From positions 23 to 64,022 of the IMG/VR virus record IMGVR_UViG_3300019889_000014: a stretch of 64,000 nucleotides of DNA. One strand, 5' to 3'. This stretch comes from a virus. Taxonomy: Duplodnaviria > Caudoviricetes. The translations under genes and the position numbers were made by a program. The notes under the pieces are model-generated. The model was not told the DNA's origin, searched no databases, and worked only from the letters and a program-made list of their open reading frames with translations. Shown here piece by piece: positions 35,902 to 45,100 of the stretch. Each line of letters opens with the position of its first letter. The first letter of the stretch is position 1.

Positions 35902-36291
35902 TATACTGCGGTCGCCGCAGCGGCGTGGGAGCACCACGCGACGTTGCCGCCAGGGGACGCCCTGGCTCGCCCGCCAGCCGCCTTGTTGGCCGGGGTATAT
36001 AAGTTGGGAGGCCGGGGGGAGCGAGATCCGGATGCTTTGCCCCCACACCCCTGTCCGGAGTAGCGACCGGCCTGTGGCTCTTGTATGGTGTGCTCGCCGT
36101 GGCGGCGTGGGAAGCAGACACGCGGCTCCAGGCGTGGCGGCCCAGACGCGCTCCGAGGCGGTGACGAAGCCCGAAGCCTGTCCACCCTGGCACCAGGGTG
36201 TCAAAATATCGGAAAATGGGCCTTGCCGGCGTAGCGCCCGGCCCGCGGCACACGAATTGGAGTCTAAATAGAATCCAATAAGAATCCCATT

Positions 36292-36307
36292 TTAACCCGC
36301 TATTAAC
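36292..36307. promoter_or_regulatory. CtrA box
   Basis: TTAA-CCCGCTA-TTAAC matches TTAA-N7-TTAAC. Confidence 0.55.
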
Positions 36308-36540
36308 CCGGTTAAAACGGCTTGCGGTGACGGACCCGATACGGGTACATTCTCGGTGGCCCTCGGATGGTCTGGCCCCTTCTGCAACGTCCCCCCAAAT
36401 CGCCGTTGCGGCTCCCAAGACCAGATCGCCGGGGGCGCCCTATCCCGGCGGTTGCGCCAGCAGCAGGTACGTCGGCCCTCAACCGGCCTCCGTATCTTTC
36501 CCAGCGCAGCCGCCGGGGCCAGCCCCCCTCCCCCACCCCG

Positions 36541-36732
36541 TCAGCTCGGCTTGTTGGCCGGCGCCCAGTACACCACGACGAAGCCGAGAACGGCGTTCGC
36601 CAGGCCGACAATCACGTATCCCCACCAGGGCATCTCGACCGTGGGTGGGACGATGATGGCCGTGGTGCCGACTCCGCCAACGCCGGCAGCGACCGCCCCG
36701 GCAATGGCCTTGCTGATCTTGGCGAGGTCCAT
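36541..36732 (-). CDS. putative holin
   Basis: 63 aa, two hydrophobic segments, near endolysin. Confidence 0.6.
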   Translation of the reverse strand: MDLAKISKAIAGAVAAGVGGVGTTAIIVPPTVEMPWWGYVIVGLANAVLGFVVVYWAPANKPS

Positions 36733-36734
36733 GA

Positions 36735-36920
36735 TCAGGTCTCCTTGATCTCGACGCTGCGGCTGCTGTGGATGCCGGTCGTCACCTCCTCGCCGCCGGC
36801 CAGTTCGGCGACCAGGGTGGTGACGGGCTCGCCGCCGTCCGGCGTGTCGACCGTGTAGACAGCGGCCTTGCGCTCATAGCCTTCGCCGTTGGTGTTCTTC
36901 ACCGTGATCTGGATGGTCAT
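36735..36920 (-). CDS. hypothetical protein
   Basis: AGGAG RBS. Confidence 0.55.
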   Translation of the reverse strand: MTIQITVKNTNGEGYERKAAVYTVDTPDGGEPVTTLVAELAGGEEVTTGIHSSRSVEIKET

Positions 36921-36923
36921 CGT

Positions 36924-37733
36924 CTATCTCCTGGGAGGCGTCGGCGCTTCCAGCAGCAGCGCCGCACGGGTGATGGGGCCTGCGATCCCGTCGGGGGTCA
37001 GGCCGTGGTCCTGCTGGAATGAGCGAATGGCTGCGGTGGTCTTCGGCCCCGGCCAGCCGTCAACCACGACGGGATAGCCGGCGAGCCCGAGCAGCGCCTG
37101 GATTTCGCAGACGGCGCCGCGCTGCACGCCCGAGAACACGTCGCGGGCCTGGCCGAGCTGGAGCGTGTAGGCCGCCAGCAGCTTGGTCTCGTACTTGTTG
37201 CGGAGGTAGGCCGGGCCGTTGTAGCGCCTGGCGAATTCCTTGAAGTCCTTCCGGCGCAAGGCGCCGACCAGGCCGGCCGAGCGGATGAAACGTGCGAAGG
37301 CGTGGATCTGCTCGTCCTCGCCCTCGCACATGTCGGCGACATAGGCTTCGATCGTCTCGTACCCGGCGAGGACGAAGTTGAACCCCATGATCTGGCCGAG
37401 GCCCCAGCTGCAGCTCTGCATGGCGGTGACCGGGCTCAGGTCCATGGCGAGGGCCAGCCGCTCATACTCGGCGGCGCCGCCCTCGTAGCCGCCGGCTGTC
37501 GGGCCTGAGATTTCCGGGGCGACCTGGTCGTACCGGCCGCTGGTCAGCCTGTGGAAGACATGGCGCTCGAACAGGATCTTGGGCCGTCCATCCGCCAGGA
37601 AGCCTTTGCCGGCCGCCTCGACCGTCACCACGGCCCGGACCACAGCTTCCTCGCATTCCAGGTCGTTGGCGATTTCGGCATAGATCGTCGCCGAGCGCGG
37701 CAGGGCCGCCCCCTCGAAACCGTCAGGGATCAT
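36924..37733 (-). CDS. endolysin: N-acetylmuramidase (DUF3380) + C-terminal PG-binding domain
   Basis: VEAAG.GF, ILFERH, SWGLGQIMGFN, FARRYNGP; DGWPGPKT..AIRSFQ..GL..DGIAG. Confidence 0.9.
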   Translation of the reverse strand: MIPDGFEGAALPRSATIYAEIANDLECEEAVVRAVVTVEAAGKGFLADGRPKILFERHVFHRLTSGRYDQVAPEISGPTAGGYEGGAAEYERLALAMDLSPVTAMQSCSWGLGQIMGFNFVLAGYETIEAYVADMCEGEDEQIHAFARFIRSAGLVGALRRKDFKEFARRYNGPAYLRNKYETKLLAAYTLQLGQARDVFSGVQRGAVCEIQALLGLAGYPVVVDGWPGPKTTAAIRSFQQDHGLTPDGIAGPITRAALLLEAPTPPRR

Positions 37734-37760
37734 CGGTGTCTCGTCGTCAGGGGTTGCGGG

Positions 37761-38129
37761 CTACCGCTGCCCGAGAATCCACAGCAAAACCATGGTGCCG
37801 GTGACCATGAAGGCCGCGACCAGGTAGGCGGCCACGCGCCGCCACAGGGACCACGATTCCCCGGCGAGGCTGCGCCGGGTTTCGTCCAGTTCTCGGAACG
37901 TGTCGAACGCCTTGGTTGTCTGCGCATCGCGCGCGACCGCCTGGTCGGCAAGGCGCTGCACCGCGAGGTTCAAGGTGTGCAGTTCCGTGGCGACCTTGGC
38001 GACCGAGCCGTTGATGGCCTCGAAATGCTTGTCGTGGCCGAGCAGCCGCGCCGCGATCGTGGCCGCAATCTCGCCCTCCTCCCGGCCCCGCTCGTAATCC
38101 GCGTTCTTGGGTCCGACGGGATCGGTCAT
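37761..38129 (-). CDS. coiled-coil protein with C-terminal TM helix (lysis cassette)
   Basis: Hydrophobic C-terminus. Confidence 0.6.
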   Translation of the reverse strand: MTDPVGPKNADYERGREEGEIAATIAARLLGHDKHFEAINGSVAKVATELHTLNLAVQRLADQAVARDAQTTKAFDTFRELDETRRSLAGESWSLWRRVAAYLVAAFMVTGTMVLLWILGQR

Positions 38130-38133
38130 GGCG

Positions 38134-38673
38134 TTATTCCTGAACGGGGATGACGGTGACCGGCAGGCTGCCGCTGCTCCACACCTTGAGGTCGGGCATC
38201 TCGAAGGCGATGGTCGGCGTGGCGGTTTCGATCGCCACGAATTGCTGGAACGGCCAGCACCAGTTCCTGGGGATCGTCGTCAGCTTGATCCTGCCGCCGA
38301 GCGTCGCCGGGATCTGGACCAGGCTGGTCCGGCTGACATAGGTCGTACCGATCCGAGAGTCGCGCAGTGCTGGCGGGTCAACGTCCGGATCAATGATGAC
38401 GGTCGGCAGCTGGATGATGCCCCCGACCTGGCCTTCGACGGTTCGGACGAGTTCGCCAGGGCAGTAGCGCCGCCGTGTGACGACCCATTGAAGGGTGAGA
38501 ATGCGGGTCGCCGGGTCAAAGGCGCCGGCCTCCAGCCGCTCATAGACCACCGGCGGCGTGCGATCGGCCATCGCCAGCAGGATCAAGGCCGCGATGGCAA
38601 CCAGCGGCCAGCCGATCATGATGACCATCCACCAGATCGGCTCGCGGTACCACGGGCTGCGCGTCACCCTCAT
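38134..38673 (-). CDS. membrane-anchored protein (lysis cassette)
   Basis: N-terminal TM helix. Confidence 0.6.
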   Translation of the reverse strand: MRVTRSPWYREPIWWMVIMIGWPLVAIAALILLAMADRTPPVVYERLEAGAFDPATRILTLQWVVTRRRYCPGELVRTVEGQVGGIIQLPTVIIDPDVDPPALRDSRIGTTYVSRTSLVQIPATLGGRIKLTTIPRNWCWPFQQFVAIETATPTIAFEMPDLKVWSSGSLPVTVIPVQE

Positions 38674-38675
38674 GA

Positions 38676-38972
38676 TCAGGCACCCCGCTTGATGATCATG
38701 TTCCACATGGTCAAGACGAACGCGCCGATGCCGCTGGAGCCGATGATGCCCAGCAGCCAGACGGCCGGCCGCAACTGCTCCTTGGTGGCGCAGGCCGACA
38801 CGTCCTGGCGAAGGTCGGCGATGTCGGTCTTGATCTGGGCCGTGCCGATGCGGCTCTCGGTTTCCAGGATCGTGACGCGCCGGCTCAGTTCCTGCAGCTC
38901 ACGCACCACGTCCCGAAATTCAGACTGGTCGCTCGCCCGGCGCATCGGCCGGTCGTCGTCGCGGTCAGGCAT
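38676..38972 (-). CDS. coiled-coil protein with C-terminal TM helix
   Basis: Hydrophobic C-terminus. Confidence 0.6.
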   Translation of the reverse strand: MPDRDDDRPMRRASDQSEFRDVVRELQELSRRVTILETESRIGTAQIKTDIADLRQDVSACATKEQLRPAVWLLGIIGSSGIGAFVLTMWNMIIKRGA

Positions 38973-38988
38973 CGCCGTTATCCGTCCT

Positions 38989-39798
38989 TCACCGGCCCCG
39001 CGCCGCCCGAACCTGGTCTGCAGCCGCGGCCATGGAGAAGCAGTCGGCGTTGGTCAGGACACGGTCGTAGAGTGCGATGCACTCGACCATCAGGTCCGCC
39101 TCGGCGAAGACGGTCGAGGGCGAGCCGGCAACCAGCTTCATGGTCGCGTCAACGACCGCACCGGAGTTGGTGATCATGCCGGTGGTGTTGATGGTCGCGC
39201 TGTAACTCGCGATCTGCACCCCCGCCTGGTAGCCCCGAACCTGCAGGCTGGTGCCGGTCAGCGACGCGAACCACGAGGCCGCTTCGGTGTACTGATAGGT
39301 CGCAGCCGCCGAGAGGCTGGCGGGCGCCTGCTGGGCAGAATTGATCGTGTAGCGGAAGTTCGGGCTGATGGGGTCGGCCGAGGTCGGAAGCGTCGCGCCC
39401 TTGGTCGCGTAAACCGTGAACCCGCGCGCCGTGTACTGGTCGGCCGCCATGAGCGGCGAAACCCAGGTCGTCACGCTGTCGTGGCTGGTCGGGATGTCCA
39501 CCGTCAGGTGGACCATGAAGGTGAACGGCAACGTCAGGTCGACAACGTCTGCGGTCGGCAGGTACGTGTTGCCGCGCAGCCGGACGCCGCCGTTGGTCAG
39601 CAGGGTTCCCGCGCTGTGGCCGCTCGCGCCGGCAACAATCGCCGTGGTGGCGGTGGCCGAGCCATAGTTGGCGATCGACGCGAGGGTGTCCGACCCGTCG
39701 ATGAAGTGCAGATGAATGAGGCCAGCGGTCGAGAATCCGCGCGGCCCGTCGAGCGGCAGGGACGTGTCGTCCGAAGCCGCAGCGCCGATGATCTTCAT
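38989..39798 (-). CDS. tail-associated beta-sandwich protein
   Basis: ATGA overlap with spike gene; IALYDRVLT C-terminal motif resembles LamG/ConA folds. Confidence 0.55.
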   Translation of the reverse strand: MKIIGAAASDDTSLPLDGPRGFSTAGLIHLHFIDGSDTLASIANYGSATATTAIVAGASGHSAGTLLTNGGVRLRGNTYLPTADVVDLTLPFTFMVHLTVDIPTSHDSVTTWVSPLMAADQYTARGFTVYATKGATLPTSADPISPNFRYTINSAQQAPASLSAAATYQYTEAASWFASLTGTSLQVRGYQAGVQIASYSATINTTGMITNSGAVVDATMKLVAGSPSTVFAEADLMVECIALYDRVLTNADCFSMAAAADQVRAARGR

Positions 39799-42158
39799 GC
39801 TCCGATGACCTCCAAGTCCTGGAATGCGTTGAGCGGGTTCGGCAGCGGGTAATGCGTCCCGACCCGGCCGACGCTGTAAGTGCTGTCCAGGAACGTCAGC
39901 GGGGACTTGGCGCTGTCGCTGTCGAAGACGTTCCCGTAAGCGACGGTGCGGGCGATCGCGACCGAGTTGCCGACGAGGAAGGCCGTCGCCGGGGTGACGG
40001 TGGAGCCGAACTCGGCGGTGACGTTCTCGCCGGTGATGACGGTCTGGCTGCCGGTGTAGGCGACCGTGCGGCCGATCCAGGTTTTCGGCGTCCCGCTCGT
40101 CATGTTGAGCACGAGGAAACAGCCCTCGTTGAGGTGCTGCTGGATCTGGGAGCGGATGTCGCCCGCGAAGGCCAGTTCCTTCGACGCCCTGCCATTCGGC
40201 AGCGTGGCCCCGTCCCGCCAGTCCGCGACCGGCAGGCTGAGCGCCTTCTGATCCCGGAGCCTCGCGCACTCGACCTTGGCGCCGGCCGGAACCGCCGACG
40301 CCAACTTCAGCCTGATGGTGTCGGTGTCCACCACGGTCACGCCGGTCACCGCCGGGCCTTGGACCTGTGCAGTGCCGGAGCCCGTCATGCACCGGAAGCC
40401 GGCGTAGCAGAACGGCGCGGTGTTCAGCGGCCAGAACGTCGTGTCGAGCCGAATGGGCGGACACGGCACGTTGAAGACCACGTCGATCTCGTCGGTCGAG
40501 ACCTTGCGGGCCAGGATCGCCCGCAAGGAGACGTTCTGGTCGCGGCGGACGAGGAAGCGGTACATGTTCTTGCCGGCCAGCGACCCCCACCACCTCTCGC
40601 CGTCCGCCGCCAGGTGAACCTCGCTGCCGTGAACCACGAGGCCGCCGGACGTGTAGCTGCTGTTCTTGCCGGACGGGACGAAATAGGTCGGGCCAACCGG
40701 GACGATTTTGTCCGGGCTGGTCGCCGCCGCCACCATCTGAGCCTGGCCGACGATGGTGCCGCCGGTCTGGTAGACGAACACCGGAAGGCGTCCAGCCTGG
40801 CCAGTGATGACGCGGGCATCGGCGTCGTAGTCGTCCGCAAGCTGAGTGAAAGCTGCCGCCCACGCCGGAATGAAGTCGGCATAGGCCATGGGGCTGTCGG
40901 CGTCGTTGAACTTGAGGTCGTTGTCCGCCTCGCCCTGGAGGAAGACCATGCCCAGCTCGGCGAAGGTCTTGCCGTTGGCGACCGCATAGGCTTTCGCCCG
41001 GCGGATGTCGTCGATCATGGTGTCGTAATACAGGCCGGTCGGATCGTTCTGATGGGCCTTGTCGAGTTCGTACAGGCGTCGCCCGCCGCGGCCCGCGAAC
41101 GAGATAAGGATCTCCGGGCCGGAGTCTCGGCTCACGCCGCTGTTCGGCCCCACCAGCTGGTCGCGCAGTGCCGCCACGATGGCCGAGGCAGCCGTCTCGC
41201 CAACGGCGCCGTCCTGGGCCTCGTGCAGATCCACAACCTCGAATTCCGACGCCGGTCGGGCCAGCGGAGTGAGCGCATAGGCGTCCAGTTTCCAGGTCCG
41301 GACGCTGCGGATGAACATGCGGCCACGGTGCCCGGTCGGGCTCGTGGTCAGCGGCGGCAGGGACTCCGACCCCTCCCCCAGCGACTGGCCGTAGAGCGTG
41401 ATGTGCAGCACGTCGGCCGCCAGGGGGTTCGCGGCACCGCTCGACGCGGCGAAGGGGTTCACGTCCTTGGTTCCGGACGCCGACAGCCGGAACTTCACCC
41501 GGCCATTGGAGGTCAGCACCTCGTGCAGGATGTCCGGTTCGCTGGTCGGCATGATCTGGACGCGGTTGTCGGCCAGACCGATCCGCATGCCCTTGAACAG
41601 GTTCAGATAGCTGTCATCGCTGAACCCGCCGAGCGACCGCCCCGTCCCCGACGCAAACCGCAGGATCATCCGGAGGCCGTCGATGAACTCGATCAGGTTC
41701 GGGATGATCTTCTCGGCGATCGGCGCGAAAGCATCGACTTCCACGTCCAGGGCTTCGACCTGGTCGAGGAGGGCGTCATACTTGCTATCGGCGATCTTCA
41801 CCCAATGGTCGCCCGGCCCGGCCGGGTCGTACCGCCATTCGCCGTTGATGTTGCCGCCGACATCGGAGGGGTCGTCGGTGACCCGCCGGATCGTGCCCGT
41901 GGGCGGCACGGTCGGGGCAGCCGCCACCATGCCCGACTTGGTCGCAAAGCCGAGCACGCCCGAGGCCGCCGCCTCCTGCAGCTCGTTCAGGTAGGCCGTC
42001 AACAGGACCGAGGACGTATCGCTCCTGGTAACGTGCATCTGCACGGCCAGCTGGTCCGCGAGCACAGCCGAGAGGATGTTGACGCTGACGCCGGCATCGA
42101 GCGCCCGAATGCGGTCAACAACGGTGGCAAGCGGGAGATCGGTTTCCCGGATCGACAT
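39795..42158 (-). CDS. tail spike with SGNH/sialate O-acetylesterase-like domain
   Basis: YGQSL, GRGG, FLQGEAD, EVHL blocks. Confidence 0.7.
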   Translation of the reverse strand: MSIRETDLPLATVVDRIRALDAGVSVNILSAVLADQLAVQMHVTRSDTSSVLLTAYLNELQEAAASGVLGFATKSGMVAAAPTVPPTGTIRRVTDDPSDVGGNINGEWRYDPAGPGDHWVKIADSKYDALLDQVEALDVEVDAFAPIAEKIIPNLIEFIDGLRMILRFASGTGRSLGGFSDDSYLNLFKGMRIGLADNRVQIMPTSEPDILHEVLTSNGRVKFRLSASGTKDVNPFAASSGAANPLAADVLHITLYGQSLGEGSESLPPLTTSPTGHRGRMFIRSVRTWKLDAYALTPLARPASEFEVVDLHEAQDGAVGETAASAIVAALRDQLVGPNSGVSRDSGPEILISFAGRGGRRLYELDKAHQNDPTGLYYDTMIDDIRRAKAYAVANGKTFAELGMVFLQGEADNDLKFNDADSPMAYADFIPAWAAAFTQLADDYDADARVITGQAGRLPVFVYQTGGTIVGQAQMVAAATSPDKIVPVGPTYFVPSGKNSSYTSGGLVVHGSEVHLAADGERWWGSLAGKNMYRFLVRRDQNVSLRAILARKVSTDEIDVVFNVPCPPIRLDTTFWPLNTAPFCYAGFRCMTGSGTAQVQGPAVTGVTVVDTDTIRLKLASAVPAGAKVECARLRDQKALSLPVADWRDGATLPNGRASKELAFAGDIRSQIQQHLNEGCFLVLNMTSGTPKTWIGRTVAYTGSQTVITGENVTAEFGSTVTPATAFLVGNSVAIARTVAYGNVFDSDSAKSPLTFLDSTYSVGRVGTHYPLPNPLNAFQDLEVIGA

Positions 42159-42176
42159 GCTCGGTTCTCCGCTGGC

Positions 42177-45100
42177 TCAGGTGAGGGTGGTCCAGCCGGA
42201 CTTGGCCTGGATCACGGTGTTCGAGGGCTTCGCCGTGCCCCACTTCACTTGCTCGACGACCCCGTTCAGCGGCGGGGTGACCGCGAGGCTGACGGTGATC
42301 TTCACGGGCGTGGTGGTCGGGACCGCGCCGGCCACGTCGGTGACCGTCGCCAGGCCGTTGGCGCTGAAGCCAAAATCGCCGGCCTTGTAGCCGTAGATGC
42401 CCGAGGTCATGTTCGTGGCCGTCACCGCCTGGGACGCCAGGCCGGTGGCCGCGGCCCCGACCTGGGTCAGGCCGCGCATGGCCGTGGTCGTGGTGAACTG
42501 GATCAGATTCCCATCGCTGATGGTCGTCTGGATCGACCCCACGACGATGCCGCTGTTGGTCGTCCCGACCGCCACCTTGGCGCGGGCTCCGAAGTACCCT
42601 TCGGTCGAGTTGAAATCGACGCCGGCCGTGTGCTGGATCAGCGGCGCGCTGCGGGACGCGGTCGCCGCGTTGGTGATGATCGGAGCGGTGTCGAACGCCC
42701 CGTTCTCGAACTGATTCAAGATGAAGTAGATGTCGGCCCCGGCCGGCGCCGCGATGCGCATCTGCTCGCCGATGGCCGCCGCCGTGCGGCTGCCGCCCAC
42801 GCGGACATACGGCGTTGAGGCACCGAAGCTGACCGCCGTGGCGCCGCCGATCTCGATGCGCCCGGCCGAGCCGCGATAGACAATGGAGCCGCGGCAGGCA
42901 CCGACGGCGGCGATGGTGCCGCTGATCGTGGCGAAGGCGTCGGCGACGCCGGCAGAGTTGTTCAGCCGGTAGACGAAACCGTTGATCGTGGTGGCCGTCA
43001 GCAAGGCGCCCAGGGTCGTGCCGGCGCCCATCGCGGCGCTGTCGTCCACCCTGGTCAGCGTGGCCGCCGCATCACCGCTCAGCGTCATGCCGGTCAGGTC
43101 GGTGGGGTTCGCATTCCTGTTCGAATTGCGGTTGGTGCGGTTTTCCCACAGCTCGAGGCCACGATCGCAGACCGGGGCCGCGTTGGCGGCGATGGGATGC
43201 AGCGTGCCATCAGCGTTGGTGACGATCTGCGCCGAGGTCGTGATGATGTCGAAGATGCCGGCCAGGGTTGAGCCGACCCCGTTCAAGCGGTAGTTGCCGC
43301 CCTTGAAATCGGCGTGGATGCTGGCATCCGGGTCGTACCAGACGACGGTCAGCGTGATCGCGCTGGAGTCCACCGAGGTCTGCCCCGAGATGGTCTGCCG
43401 CGCCGTGATGCTGCGGGCACCGCCCGCCAGGCTGGCCAGGGTCGCCGTCCAGTTGCCAGACCCATCCGCCGAGACGGTCGTGTTGAGCACGCCATCGGCA
43501 TAGACGCCGACCGAGGCCGAGGCCGTGGAGGTGCCCGCGACGACGGGGTTCGTGTTGCCGATCGTCGCCGAACTGGTCGAGATTGCCGGGGCCACCGGGA
43601 TGATGTTCAGCGTCAGCGTGGTGCTGGCCGGCGAGGTGTGCGCCGCCGTGTCGGTCTGCTTGGCCGTGATGGCGTAGGAGCCGATCGCCAGGGCCGTCAG
43701 ATCCACGGTCCAGGCGCCGCCAGTGACGGTGACCGGCGCCGCCGCAGGTGTGCTGCCAGCGCGGAAGACTTGCAAGGAACACCCGGTCTCGCCCGTGCCG
43801 TTGATGGTCGGCGTCGTGTCCGTGGTGGACAGCGGCGACGAGGTGCTGATGACCGGCGCCGAGGGCGTGACCGTGTCCACCGTGACCGTGATCGGCGCGC
43901 TCGGATCGCTCGGCTGGCCGGCCCCGTCATAGGCAATCGCCGTGATCGTGTACGTGGCGTCCAGCAGGGTCGGCAGCGTCAGTGACCAGGCGCCGAGAAC
44001 AACCGCCGCCGTGCCCTGGTCGACGCTGTTGGCGAAGACATGGATGGTCGTGGTCGGGTCCGCCGTGCCCGCGATGGTGGGCGTGTTGTCGCTGGTGATC
44101 TGCGACAGCGTCGTGATGATCGGCGGGTTCGGCGCGACGCCGCCCGGCAGATCGATCACGACCAGGAGCGGCGTGCCCTCGATCAGGGTCGAATTGACCG
44201 AGACGATGCCGAACGTGTACGTGCCGGCGACCTGGGGGATGGTCGTCTCCAGCGGCGAGCTGGAGAGCGTGCCGGTGTGCAGCGGCGTCAGATCGGCCCA
44301 GGCGTGGCCCGCACCGATGCCGAGCTTGTAGCGGATGCGGTAGCCGAGCAGATCGGGCGGCGGGCCGTCGGCCTCCGGGTCGCTGACCACCCAGTGGTAC
44401 TGCCGGGTCTTCGACGCCAGCTGGACATAGGTGAAGGAGTCGATCGTCGGCGGCGGCACCGTGCGGACCTGCACCACGTGCTCAAACGGCGGCGAGGTCC
44501 AGGCCGAAGCGATGCCGTCGCGGCTCAGGGCCCGCGCCCGGATCTCGATCAGATCCTCGAACACGTAGCCCTGGAGGGCGACGCTGTTGACGCCGCCGAC
44601 CAGGTTCTCCGTCTGCCATTGCGTCGTGCCCTGGTAGCGGTGCTGGATCTGGAACGACGCGGTCGGGACCGGCCCCCCCTGCCCTGCCGCGACGCCGACC
44701 GTGACCGGCGAATAGACCGAGCCGTCGTCGGCGACGACTTGCTGCGAATTGCCGGAGCTGACGGCGATAATCTGCGGCACCGCCGGCACCGTGTCGTCGG
44801 GATAGGGCGTCCGCGGCACCCAGACCGGCACGTCGATGTCGTCCGCCTCCTCGATGTAGGGCATGGCCTCATCGACGGCGGTCACCTTCGCGAGGTGGTC
44901 TTCTGTCGGCTCGATCGCCTTGACGACCAGGCGGTGGGTCTCGAAATTCACCAGGCCGAACATCCAGAGGTCGCCGACCGAGGGCGACGCTCCGGCGCCG
45001 GTCAGGGTGAGGGTCGTGAACCGGCCCGCCAGGCTCTCGACATCCCGCACCAGCGTGGACCCGTCCGGCCGGCGGAAGCGGATGACGTAGCTGGCCACCC

